This document shows positions 41,437-50,772 of a stretch of DNA of 64,000 bases, in pieces. The notes beneath the pieces are model-generated. The model made no database searches and was not told the DNA's origin. It was given only the letters and a program-made list of their open reading frames with translations. Source of the DNA: Candidatus Omnitrophota bacterium. GTDB lineage: Bacteria > Omnitrophota > Gorgyraeia > Zapsychrales > JAHFFX01. Position 1 is the stretch's first letter. Every line of letters begins with the position of its first letter. The stretch covers positions 97,358 to 161,357 of the forward strand of contig JAHFFY010000001.1 in assembly GCA_023247705.1 (NCBI GenBank), in the 5' to 3' direction. A program made the translations under genes and the position numbers.

Positions 41437-42300
41437 TCAAGCCCGAGGATGGGCCTTATCATAGACACTTTTTAAACGTTCGGTTGTCACATGGGTGTAA
41501 ATCTGAGTTGTTGAAAGATTCGCATGCCCCAATAATTCCTGGACTGAACGCAGATCCGCTCCCCGGTTCAGAAGATGTGTGGCAAAAGAATGCCGCAGGA
41601 CGTGCGGCGAAACATGCTTTTGCATGCTCGTTTTCCGAATATACTTGACCATAATATTGCATACACTTCTGGCCGAAAGACGCTTCCCGATTTTATTTAA
41701 GAACAACGCTGTTGATGAATGTTTTCTTAAGTTCAGATATTCCTGAATGGCTTCCAGGGCATGATCGCCAATGGGAACTAAGCGTTCCTTTTTTCCTTTC
41801 CCTAATACTTTAATCACATTGCCGATCAAATCCACGCGGTCTATATTTAACCCCACCAGTTCGCTCACGCGTATTCCGGTCGAGTAGAGTGTTTCCAGAA
41901 TGGCTTTATCGCGCTTGCCGATCACTTTATCGGTCGATGGGGATTCAATAAAATGAACCATTTCATCTTCACTCAGGAAATTCGGTAACTTCTTATCCAG
42001 TTTCGGGGTCATCAACAAGAGTGCGGGATTGTTCTGAATATGCTGATCTCGTTGTAAAAACCTGAAAAAACTCCGTAAAGCCGAAATCTTTCTGGCCAAA
42101 GTCCGGGGTTTATAATTCTTTGTTCTTAACTCACCCAAGTATCTTCGCAATAACAGATAGTCCACCTCGCCCAAAGGCACCTGACCAATAAACACGATAA
42201 AATGCTCAAGATCAGTCTGATAATTCAGTAAGGTGTGGCTTGAATAATTCTTTTCAACTTCAAGGTAGGACAGGAATTTATCGATGTGGGGATGAGCCAT
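41437..42300 (-). CDS. xerC: Tyrosine site-specific recombinase XerC/XerD
   Basis: 287 aa with R..H..LRHSFATHLL...GHANLSTTQIYTHV catalytic residues and a Xer-type N-terminal SAM-like domain, in the conserved dprA-topA-xerC neighbourhood. Confidence 0.85.
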   Translation of the reverse strand: MAHPHIDKFLSYLEVEKNYSSHTLLNYQTDLEHFIVFIGQVPLGEVDYLLLRRYLGELRTKNYKPRTLARKISALRSFFRFLQRDQHIQNNPALLLMTPKLDKKLPNFLSEDEMVHFIESPSTDKVIGKRDKAILETLYSTGIRVSELVGLNIDRVDLIGNVIKVLGKGKKERLVPIGDHALEAIQEYLNLRKHSSTALFLNKIGKRLSARSVCNIMVKYIRKTSMQKHVSPHVLRHSFATHLLNRGADLRSVQELLGHANLSTTQIYTHVTTERLKSVYDKAHPRA

Positions 42301-42398
42301 TTTTACGTACTAAATCCTCCTAAAGAGATCGGAATGCTTTCTAAAAATTTAAGCAATGAGAGAGCTGTTCAGCAGTAGGATATCACACTCTTGATACT

Positions 42399-44360
42399 TT
42401 AGGAAGAACTCGGTAATTTATTCGAGATATGCGTGCATTCCGGGAACCGGCTGCACCCGTAAAAGGTCATCCCGCGCTTGGAACGCCTCTCCACCAATTC
42501 CCCTGAGCATCCCGGCTCGGGGCATTTGACTCCGGTTGAAAACGGAGCGGCGAACTTGCATTCAGGAAACCCGGAACAGCTTAAGAACTTGCCCTTGCGG
42601 CCCCATTTAATGCTCATTTGTTTGCCGCATTGCGGACAGACCTTGTCGATCAGATTTTGGGTCTTAACGATGGTGTTCATCGCGTAATCCAATTCTTCTT
42701 TAAAGGGCTGGTAGAATTCGTGCAAGAGTTTGACGTACTCTAATTGACCCTCCTCTACCATATCCAGATTCTCTTCCATGGAGGCGGTAAAACCGATATC
42801 CATAATTTTAGGGAAATATTCGATGAGGAGTTCGCAGATTTTGATCCCGAGTTCTGTGGCCATAAAATATCCACGTTCACGGATCACATAATTGCGCAGC
42901 ACTAACGTTTGAATAATCGAGGCGTAGGTGCTGGGTCGTCCGATCCCGGCTTCTTCCAATGTCTTGACCAAACTCCCTTCCGAGTAACGCGCAGGTGGCT
43001 TGGTAAAATGTTGGGAAGGATGAATCTCTTTTAGATTCAAACGATCGTCTTTTAAATACGGGCTCAAATCCTTTTTCTCTTCATCAGCCCGCGATTCACG
43101 ATCAAGGATCTGATAACCATCAAAAACCAGCGTAGAACCGGACGTAGCGAAAAGAAATTCTCCCGCGGTGATCTCAATTCTTTTTTGTTGATAGATCGCA
43201 GGAGTCATTTGACAGCTGACAAACCGTTTCCAAATCAGGTCGTAAAGTTTATATTGTTCTGGTGTCAGAAATTGTTGAATCGTTTCCGGTTTGCGCATCA
43301 CCTCGGTGGGACGGATCGCTTCATGCGCTTCCTGCGCGGATTTTTTCGATTTATAAACATTGGGAGTTTCCGGAATATATTTTTTGCTGTAGTCTCTCTC
43401 AATCAGATGGCGTACTTTCGCGATCGCTTCTTTCGATAGATTTACTGAATCGGTTCTCATATAGGTAATCAAACCGGTCAATTCTTCCTGGCCGAGCTGG
43501 ATCCCTTCATAAAGTTCCTGGGCGATCATCATGGTTTTCGTGGTATGAAATCCCAGCTTGTTGAAGGCCTCCTGCTGGAGCGTGCTGGTGATCAAAGGCG
43601 GCAAGGGTTTGCGCTGAACATCCTTTTGCGAAACATTGGAAATGATAAATTCTTTTTCATCCTTAATTTTTTGCGCGATCTCTTTTGTTTGCATCTCGGT
43701 TGTCAATTCACATTTTTTATCCGCGATTTTTTCTAAGTCAGCCGTCAGCAGTTCCGAAACCCCTTTCTTCTGAAGATCAACGGAGATTTTCCAGTATTCT
43801 TGGGGGACAAAATTTTTAATCGCCATCTCTCGTTCAACAACGAGCCGTAAGGCAACCGATTGAACCCGGCCGGCGCTTAAACGCGAACCGACTTTTTTCC
43901 ACAAAAGAGGACTGATCTGGTATCCGACAATCCGATCCAGGATACGTCTGGCCACCTGGGCATCAATTTTCTTCACATCAAACTCTTTGATATGTTTGAA
44001 CGCCTCTAAAACCGCGTCTTTGGTGATCTCATGAAAAACGACGCGATAAAATTTTTTATCTGAACCGAGATGCTGAGCGATGTTCCAGCCGATCGCCTCC
44101 CCTTCACGGTCAGGATCTGTGGCAATATAGATTATTTTTTTGGATTTTGCTTCTTTTTTAAGCGAGGTTAAAATTTTTTGTTTATTTCTAACCACAACAA
44201 AGCGTGTATTAAAATTATCCTCGACATCCACCCCCAGAGTCGATTTGGGAAGATCAATTAAATGACCCATGGATGACAAGACTTTGAACTTGTCTCCTAA
44301 AATTTTGTTGATGGTCTTGACTTTTGCCGGAGATTCAACGATAACGAGCGCTTTAATCAT
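42399..44360 (-). CDS. topA: DNA topoisomerase I with C-terminal zinc ribbons
   Basis: 653 aa with a TOPRIM N-terminus (LVIVESPAKVKTI) and C4 zinc ribbons (CPQCGK...CSGFPEC; CPEPGC...CSRFPEC). Confidence 0.9.
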   Translation of the reverse strand: MIKALVIVESPAKVKTINKILGDKFKVLSSMGHLIDLPKSTLGVDVEDNFNTRFVVVRNKQKILTSLKKEAKSKKIIYIATDPDREGEAIGWNIAQHLGSDKKFYRVVFHEITKDAVLEAFKHIKEFDVKKIDAQVARRILDRIVGYQISPLLWKKVGSRLSAGRVQSVALRLVVEREMAIKNFVPQEYWKISVDLQKKGVSELLTADLEKIADKKCELTTEMQTKEIAQKIKDEKEFIISNVSQKDVQRKPLPPLITSTLQQEAFNKLGFHTTKTMMIAQELYEGIQLGQEELTGLITYMRTDSVNLSKEAIAKVRHLIERDYSKKYIPETPNVYKSKKSAQEAHEAIRPTEVMRKPETIQQFLTPEQYKLYDLIWKRFVSCQMTPAIYQQKRIEITAGEFLFATSGSTLVFDGYQILDRESRADEEKKDLSPYLKDDRLNLKEIHPSQHFTKPPARYSEGSLVKTLEEAGIGRPSTYASIIQTLVLRNYVIRERGYFMATELGIKICELLIEYFPKIMDIGFTASMEENLDMVEEGQLEYVKLLHEFYQPFKEELDYAMNTIVKTQNLIDKVCPQCGKQMSIKWGRKGKFLSCSGFPECKFAAPFSTGVKCPEPGCSGELVERRSKRGMTFYGCSRFPECTHISNKLPSSS

Positions 44361-44376
44361 AAGTTTTGTAGTCCTT

Positions 44377-45549
44377 TTAGCTGTTGCGAACGAATTTTTT
44401 TCCTGGGATTTGGCGGATTTTGCTTTTCAACTCAAGATTCAACAGGGCCATGGCCAAACTGGACACTGAAATCCGGCAATTCAATGCCAGCCCATCCAGA
44501 TCAATGGAATCATTGATAGGAATCTGTTGATACACTAATTTCTCCTCTGCTGTTAAACTCTGGGGTGTTGTTGCCCCTGATTCATGCGTACTTTGTAATT
44601 CTGTCAATCTTCGATTTTGAAGTTCGCCTTTCGTTTCCCGTGATTCCTTTTGCGCCGGATAGTTCGCTAATTTTTCTTCCAACTCGTTCCAGACATCTTC
44701 CGGAGAGGTCACCAAGGTTGCGCCTTCTCTAATAAGGCGGTTCACACCTTGAGCGGAAGGTTGATCGATTTTGCCTGGAATAGCAAAGACTTCTCTGCCC
44801 TGCTCTAAAGCGAAATCACTGGTGATCAGCGCACCGCTTTTCTGCGAGGCTTCGACCACAACCACCCCTAACGATAATCCGCTGATAATCCGGTTACGCC
44901 GCGGAAAATTATAGGCAATCGGCGGTGTTTCCATGGGAAATTCCGAGACCAATGCCCCTTCACGCGCGATCGCGTTCGACAATATTTTATTTTCCAGCGG
45001 ATAGGTTATGGAAAGCCCGCAACCGAGAACCGCAACCGTGGTTCCGTTCACCCGCTGGACGGCGTGATGACACGCTGTGTCAATCCCTTTGGCCATTCCG
45101 GAAATTATATTCAATCCCCTTTCCGCCAGAAACATCGCAAATTTTTCCGCTACGGTCAATCCATAGATCGAGGCCTTCCGGGAACCGACCATTGCTACGC
45201 TGGGATTAGGCAATTTCGCAACATCCCCGCGAACATAAAGCACGTTGGGACTATCCGGGATCTGACTTAATAGCCATGGATACGCATCATCCTGATAGGC
45301 CAACACATGAATTCCAAAAGATTGAACAAGATTATATTCGGTTTTAAGGAATCTGTCTTTAGGAAATTTGAGAATATTTTCGATCGCTTTTAACGGGAGA
45401 GAACACTCATGGGGAAGATTGGTGAACTGCCGTTTATTTAACTCTAAAATTTTTTCGGCTGAAGCTAAATAATCGATTAATTTTTTTACGCGATCGTTGC
45501 GTAATCCAGGAATGGCGTTCAAAACTAATAACGCATCTAAGTCTGTCAT
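44377..45549 (-). CDS. dprA: DNA processing protein A (Smf)
   Basis: 390 aa with the DprA Rossmann-like core (VGSRKAS..., GIDTACHHAV). Confidence 0.85.
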   Translation of the reverse strand: MTDLDALLVLNAIPGLRNDRVKKLIDYLASAEKILELNKRQFTNLPHECSLPLKAIENILKFPKDRFLKTEYNLVQSFGIHVLAYQDDAYPWLLSQIPDSPNVLYVRGDVAKLPNPSVAMVGSRKASIYGLTVAEKFAMFLAERGLNIISGMAKGIDTACHHAVQRVNGTTVAVLGCGLSITYPLENKILSNAIAREGALVSEFPMETPPIAYNFPRRNRIISGLSLGVVVVEASQKSGALITSDFALEQGREVFAIPGKIDQPSAQGVNRLIREGATLVTSPEDVWNELEEKLANYPAQKESRETKGELQNRRLTELQSTHESGATTPQSLTAEEKLVYQQIPINDSIDLDGLALNCRISVSSLAMALLNLELKSKIRQIPGKKFVRNS

Positions 45550-45583
45550 AGTTGTTTTTTATGTAATATTTTTAAAATTAGTC

Positions 45584-45610
45584 CTTTGTCTATTTTGACA
45601 ATAGACTAAA
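45584..45610 (-). terminator. Hairpin downstream of aroK (possible intrinsic terminator)
   Basis: Inverted repeat TTTGTCTATT-TTGAC-AATAGAC(T)AAA, followed on the minus strand by an A/U-rich run that is not a clean U-tract. Confidence 0.25.
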
Positions 45611-45652
45611 ATAATTCCCCCTCCCCCCAGTTAAATCCAAACCAATTGAACC

Positions 45653-46171
45653 TTAAATTAATTTTGCGGATTTCAATTGTTTTAAAACAGCATCAGCCGT
45701 TTGTTCAACGGTCTGCAAATCGGTGTCGATCACATAATCCGCCTGTTCGTAATAGGACTTTCGTTTAGCCAGGAGCTCTTTTATCTTCGCGAGCGGATCA
45801 GAGACATTAAGCAATGGACGTGTCGAATGGAATTTTGTCCTGCGATAAATAACCTCCGGGCTTGTATAAAAATAAAATAAAATTCCTGTTTTTTTTAGAT
45901 TAATCAAGTTTTCATTCTGGATCACGACACCGCCGCCGCAATCGATGATAATATTTTTCTTCTGTGCAAGTTTAACAACAATTTCTTTTTCGAGCTTCCG
46001 AAAATACTCTTCACCGGAATCCCGGAAAACTTCAGCGACGGTGCGTTGTTCTTTTTGTTCGATGAGCTGGTCGGTTGAAGCAAACGCGACACCCAGCATC
46101 CGGGATAACCGCTGGGCGACCAGTGATTTCCCCGCTCCCATAAAACCAATCAAGACAATATTTTTTTTCAT
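45653..46171 (-). CDS. aroK: Shikimate kinase
   Basis: About 172 aa from MKKNIVLIGFMGAGKS (P-loop). The track ORF has 10 extra N-terminal codons. Confidence 0.85.
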   Translation of the reverse strand: MKKNIVLIGFMGAGKSLVAQRLSRMLGVAFASTDQLIEQKEQRTVAEVFRDSGEEYFRKLEKEIVVKLAQKKNIIIDCGGGVVIQNENLINLKKTGILFYFYTSPEVIYRRTKFHSTRPLLNVSDPLAKIKELLAKRKSYYEQADYVIDTDLQTVEQTADAVLKQLKSAKLI

Positions 46172-46306
46172 GGCGCAGAATTTTAACATACCTCTTGTCA
46201 AGAGGTCAAATTTGTGAACATAACGAACTAAGATAAAATCTCATTATGTATTTATTTTCGATATCTCTTGCGAGCTTCTTCAATGATTTTGATGGCATCG
46301 TTTAAA

Positions 46307-46849
46307 CTATGCCAACCTTCCACTCCGGTTTTTTTCTTCCAGATCTTTATAAACTTTGAAAAAATGCTCAAATTCTTTTAGTAAATGCGGAGGGACATCA
46401 TCTAAATCCCTAATATAATTCCAAAGCGGGTCTTTAATCGGCACACAAAGAATCTTTTCGTCCGGACCTTTTTCGTCCCACATTTTAAATAAACCGATCG
46501 GTCGTGATTCAATCATGCAACCCGGGAACGTCGGTTCCCATACTAAAACCAAAGCGTCTAGAGGATCTCCATCCATGGCTAATGTTTTTGGGATAAATCC
46601 ATAATCACTGGGGTAATGAACCACCGAGAAAAGCATCCGGTCGAATTTAAGTACATTTTTTTTAGTGTCAAATTCATATTTATTGCGGCTGCCTTGGGGA
46701 ATTTCAATCATCACCGAAATAATGAGATCATTGACTTCAGACAATTTTTTGTTTTGGTTTGCTAATCTTTTTCTTGTAACTCTGGGATTATTCTTTTTTA
46801 ATCGATTTGCTTTGTTCATAGCTTTTGATTCCCTTCTCAATCGGTTCAA
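46307..46849 (-). CDS. ppa: Inorganic pyrophosphatase (family I) with a basic N-terminal extension
   Basis: Family I PPase core (EIPQGSRNKYEFD...DGDPLDALVL), preceded by a 30-40 aa Lys/Arg-rich extension of uncertain start. Its 3' end overlaps ychF by 4 nt. Confidence 0.85.
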   Translation of the reverse strand: MNRLRRESKAMNKANRLKKNNPRVTRKRLANQNKKLSEVNDLIISVMIEIPQGSRNKYEFDTKKNVLKFDRMLFSVVHYPSDYGFIPKTLAMDGDPLDALVLVWEPTFPGCMIESRPIGLFKMWDEKGPDEKILCVPIKDPLWNYIRDLDDVPPHLLKEFEHFFKVYKDLEEKNRSGRLA

Positions 46850-47919
46850 ACACTAAACCGAAAATAAACGATATCGCCCTCTTTAATCTCATAATCTTTC
46901 CCTTCAAGAGAGACCAGCCCTTTTTCTTGAACCGCTTTATAGGTCCCGAGGGTCAGAAGGTCATTGTATTTATAAATTTCTGCGCGGATGAATCCACGTT
47001 CGATATCCGTATGAATTTTGCCGGCCGCTTTACTGGCTTTGGTTCCGCCGGGAATCAGCCAGGCACGGGTTTCTTTGGGCCCAGCGGTAAAAAAGCAGAC
47101 TAAATTCAAGAGTTCCCGTCCGGCTTTAGCCAACGCCGCTAATCCCGGAGAAGTAATTCCAGCCGCTTCGTAGTAGGCCGACCGCTCTTCGGGAGGCAAC
47201 TGGACGATTTCCGCTTCCAGCTTGGTGCATAAAACAACAATCGCCGCGCCATCTCTTTGAGCCCGGGTTTCCAATGGTTCTAAAATTTTTTGATTCACCT
47301 CTCCTTCATCCACATTGGCGACATAAAGTAATGGCTTGGAAGTTAAGAATTGAAATTCCTGGATCAATTCCGCTGGAATTTTTATTTTTCTGGCCGGCTT
47401 CCCTTCATTGAACTGCGTCATAATCTCTTCCAGAACGGTCATTTTTTCGCGCGCTTTGCTATCACCGGCATGCGCAGATCCTTTGATCTTGTCTATGGAT
47501 TTCTGACATTGCTGGATGTCGGCCAACAACAGTTCGGTTTCGATGATTTCAGCGGCATTCACCGGATCAAGTGTTTCCATGACATTGACCACATTCTCAT
47601 CGTTGAAACAGCGCACCACATGGGCAATGGCATCCACCGAGCGGATGTGAGAAAGAAATTTGTTTCCTAATCCCTGTCCTTGACTGGCGCCTTTTACGAT
47701 GCCGGCAATGTCCACGAAACGGATCCCGGCTGGCGTGATTTTATCGCTATTGAATTTTTTGCCTAAAATATTTAACCGTTGGTCCGGCAACGGCACAACG
47801 CCGACATTCGGTTCAATCGTGGTGAATGGAAAATTTTCCGCAGCCACGGCCGCTCCGGTTAAGGCGTTAAAAAGGGTCGATTTTCCTACGTTCGGTAAAC
47901 CAACAATCCCTATTTCCAT
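46846..47919 (-). CDS. ychF: Ribosome-binding ATPase YchF (Obg-family)
   Basis: 357 aa with GIVGLPNVGKSTLFNALT and a TGS C-terminal domain. Confidence 0.95.
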   Translation of the reverse strand: MEIGIVGLPNVGKSTLFNALTGAAVAAENFPFTTIEPNVGVVPLPDQRLNILGKKFNSDKITPAGIRFVDIAGIVKGASQGQGLGNKFLSHIRSVDAIAHVVRCFNDENVVNVMETLDPVNAAEIIETELLLADIQQCQKSIDKIKGSAHAGDSKAREKMTVLEEIMTQFNEGKPARKIKIPAELIQEFQFLTSKPLLYVANVDEGEVNQKILEPLETRAQRDGAAIVVLCTKLEAEIVQLPPEERSAYYEAAGITSPGLAALAKAGRELLNLVCFFTAGPKETRAWLIPGGTKASKAAGKIHTDIERGFIRAEIYKYNDLLTLGTYKAVQEKGLVSLEGKDYEIKEGDIVYFRFSV

Positions 47920-47947
47920 CGGTCGACCTCATCGATTTTCAGAAATT

Positions 47948-48044
47948 TTATTGAGCTTTTCCTTCCCAACGCTAAATTTCTCGCTTGCGACATCAACGCT
48001 GGCGAGAGATTTAGCGTTTCGTTTAATCGAAAGAAGCTCAATAA
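47948..48044. repeat. 97-nt imperfect palindrome (nested hairpin) between the SUI1 gene and ychF
   Basis: The outer arms TTATTGAGCTT (47948-47958) and AAGCTCAATAA (48034-48044) are perfect. The inner arms AACGCTAAATTTCTCGC (47968-47984) and GCGAGAGATTTAGCGTT (48002-48018) are 17 bp with one G-U-compatible mismatch. A small internal hairpin TTTCG-TTTAAT-CGAAA is also present. Confidence 0.6.
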
Positions 48045-48061
48045 ACCAAAATACACCTTTG

Positions 48062-48469
48062 TTATCCTTTGCATTCAATTCCCTCTGCGTTTAAAAATAA
48101 TCGGATGATCTCCCGATGTTCGCCCTGAATCTCAATCACGCCGAATTCCTGCAAACGATATGTTCCACCGGAACCACATTTGATTTTGATTTTCTTGGCG
48201 AGATCCTTTAAATAAAATTCCTGTTTCGGTAAATGGTCAATCACGGTCACCGTTTTCCCTTTGCGTCCGCTTTTTTCAATACGCAAAACAGCAGTGATGT
48301 GATGCGGGGTTTTCGCAGATTCTTTGGGACAACGGCATTCCGGCATCAAATATTTGCACCGTGGACATTTCTTATTGTGTGCGGGGTCGGTTGAGTAAAC
48401 CAAAACCTCATTGCTGGAGTTTATATTTTTGATACTCATGGTTGTGTTCCCTGATATTTCGAGATTCAA
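48062..48469 (-). CDS. yciH: Translation initiation factor SUI1/YciH family with an N-terminal Cys4 insertion
   Basis: SUI1 core (KSGRKGKTVTVI...CGSGGT...IQGEHR) plus an inserted CPRCKYLMPECRCP segment. Confidence 0.75.
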   Translation of the reverse strand: MNLEISGNTTMSIKNINSSNEVLVYSTDPAHNKKCPRCKYLMPECRCPKESAKTPHHITAVLRIEKSGRKGKTVTVIDHLPKQEFYLKDLAKKIKIKCGSGGTYRLQEFGVIEIQGEHREIIRLFLNAEGIECKG

Positions 48470-48577
48470 CGAATCAAAACGGGGTTGACCAAAGACCAGA
48501 CAAATCGAAGGGAAAGTATACCACCAGAATTGAAATTATCCTCATAAAAATTTACTTGCCTGGATCACCGGCTTTTT

Positions 48578-49486
48578 TTAGCCACCAGCCACGGGCGGGA
48601 TCAAGACGACCTGATCCCCTGGCTTTAAAGGGGTTTCCCAAGGCCGAAATTCATTATTGATCGCAACCCGGACAAGGGCGATGGGTAATTGGAACCCGTG
48701 TTTGACTTTTAATTCTTCATACAATGCGCCTGCGGTTGCCGCCGATGTCGAAATAATTTCTTGACTTGTTCCCCGTGATTCCCTTAAAAGGGCATAATAT
48801 TGAACTTGAATGCGTTTGTTCCGGCTAGCTTTATTCGGTGATAAAGTGTGAAGGTGTTGTAGGGCTTCCTTAAATTCAACGGGGTCATTAATATTGTTCA
48901 ATGCCATTTTATCGTTTGGAGTTATAAGCTCAATATCAGAATTAATCAAAATTTTTCTCGGACAGTTAATGCCTTTCTTGAGAAATGACAGCATTTTTTT
49001 ATAAATTCCAGTCTCATAAATCGCGCATAATGGTTCGGGTAGCCCATCGAAACTACTGGCATAGGCGGTGGCTGGTTTTTTAGGATTTCTTTTTTCGATT
49101 AAATTTTTAATTGTTGAGGCATTCACGTAAGGCAGATCACAGGCCAAAACCAGCCAGCAGACGTCCGGATATCGCTCCATCGCAGAGAGAATTCCGCCTA
49201 AAGGTCCTATGTCGTGATATTTTTTATCATCATGGATTTGGGGTAACCCTTCATGCCCGTTTAACGTGGATTGATCTTCACGGTTTGAAAGAAAAACATT
49301 TTGGCAATAACTCTTGAGGAGTTCATAACAATACACCGTCTGCGGTTTGCCGTGATAATTCAAAACGGATTTGTCCTGCTGCATGCGACGGCTTTTTCCG
49401 CCGCCTAAAATTAAACCGTACAATATGCTCTTGGCTCCGGACGTCTGTTTTGAACGGTTAACTTTTTTAATACTTTTGTTTTTCAT
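48578..49486 (-). CDS. Molybdenum cofactor nucleotidyltransferase (MobA/MocA-like) fused to a C-terminal MoaD/ThiS-like beta-grasp ending in GG
   Basis: 302 aa. The N-terminal ~210 aa have the MobA fold (LILGGGKSRRM...). The C-terminal ~75 aa (IQVQYYALLRE...GDQVVLIPPVAGG) are MoaD-like with a terminal Gly-Gly. Confidence 0.7.
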   Translation of the reverse strand: MKNKSIKKVNRSKQTSGAKSILYGLILGGGKSRRMQQDKSVLNYHGKPQTVYCYELLKSYCQNVFLSNREDQSTLNGHEGLPQIHDDKKYHDIGPLGGILSAMERYPDVCWLVLACDLPYVNASTIKNLIEKRNPKKPATAYASSFDGLPEPLCAIYETGIYKKMLSFLKKGINCPRKILINSDIELITPNDKMALNNINDPVEFKEALQHLHTLSPNKASRNKRIQVQYYALLRESRGTSQEIISTSAATAGALYEELKVKHGFQLPIALVRVAINNEFRPWETPLKPGDQVVLIPPVAGG

Positions 49487-49528
49487 CGTAAACTTTCATT
49501 TCGTTTTTGAACGATTCCTAAATTTTTT

Positions 49529-50752
49529 TTAAAACCAGCCCCAGCGGTAAAAGGGAACCACTGTCTTGGCGTCAAAAAAATTTTGGCCAGCCGCTAATTC
49601 AACAAACCCATCGCTATGGGCCAATGCGAGCAAATCACCGGATCCAGAGTGAGTCACCGGGTTAGCCAACCGTGCCCCTTTTTCACTCTTGATCCGCACA
49701 GGCAAAAAATTACTCAACGAATTTTTGATCGTGACACCGGTCGACAAGGCATAAAATTCTTTCTCAATGTGTGCCGCCCCCATGGATCGCTTCAATTGAG
49801 GAAGAACATACCGATAGAAACAAACGTGCGTCGAAGCCGGATTGCCCGGTAAGGCAAAGACCATCTTTCCTCTTTTCGTGATCCCAAAAGCGAATGGTTT
49901 CCCGGGTTTTTGCCTCACTGTATGAAAAAGGATTTTAATTTTTAATTCTTTCATCACCGCGGGAATAAAGTCATATTTTCCCATGGAAACTCCTCCGCTG
50001 ACAATCAAGATATCGAATTTCTGTAGAATTTGATCAAGTTTCGTCAATAATATTTTCTTGTCATCCGGCAGATGAAACATCCTATTTTGTGAGAAACCAT
50101 GATGGCTCAACGCGGCCTGCAGACCATACGCGTTAGAAGGTCGAATCTGATAGGGTTTAATTCGAGCATTAATTCCGACGATTTCATTTCCAGTCGAAAT
50201 AATCGCAATGCTGGGCCGGGCGCTGATTTTTACTTTGGCTTTACCAACACTGACTAACATGGCGATTTGTTGCGCTAAAAGAACATCCCCTTTTTTAACA
50301 AGCAGGGTTCCTTTGGTAAAATCAGCGGCTTTCTTCAGAACATATTGCATGGATAAAGGCTGAAAATCTTTATTCACGTTCGCTTCGTTGTCATCCATTT
50401 TCACTTGTTCGATGGGAATAACACAATCTGTTCCGCGCGGAAGCACCGCGCCCGTCATAACCTGCCAACAGCCGTGGGGATTTTGTAATTTGTTTTCCTT
50501 CTGGCCAGCCGCCTGAATTCCTTCAATTGTGTACGAACGAACCCCCTTTTGCCATGCAGCAAGTGAAATGGCGATCCCATCCATAAAAACTTTTTGAAAA
50601 TTCGGGTGATCCCGATCGGCATAAATATTTTCCCGGAGAACAGCGCCGCACGCATCTGCGGTGGGTGATCGAATGGTAGAAAATTGCCCGCAGGATTTTT
50701 GGATTATTTCTTCTGCTTCAAAAACAGAAATCATCTGTTTAGTCATGGTCAT
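49529..50752 (-). CDS. moeA: Molybdopterin molybdenumtransferase
   Basis: 407 aa MoeA family (Ploop-like GGVSMG, FALPGNPAS). Confidence 0.85.
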   Translation of the reverse strand: MTMTKQMISVFEAEEIIQKSCGQFSTIRSPTADACGAVLRENIYADRDHPNFQKVFMDGIAISLAAWQKGVRSYTIEGIQAAGQKENKLQNPHGCWQVMTGAVLPRGTDCVIPIEQVKMDDNEANVNKDFQPLSMQYVLKKAADFTKGTLLVKKGDVLLAQQIAMLVSVGKAKVKISARPSIAIISTGNEIVGINARIKPYQIRPSNAYGLQAALSHHGFSQNRMFHLPDDKKILLTKLDQILQKFDILIVSGGVSMGKYDFIPAVMKELKIKILFHTVRQKPGKPFAFGITKRGKMVFALPGNPASTHVCFYRYVLPQLKRSMGAAHIEKEFYALSTGVTIKNSLSNFLPVRIKSEKGARLANPVTHSGSGDLLALAHSDGFVELAAGQNFFDAKTVVPFYRWGWF

Positions 50753-50772
50753 TACCCGTTGATTGAATGATT

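Noticed and set aside
41437-42300. Tyrosine recombinase as a marker of an integrative mobile element
   Set aside because: It is the XerC/XerD type and sits in the conserved chromosomal dprA-topA-xerC neighbourhood. There are no flanking direct repeats, no tRNA target and no phage or conjugation genes.
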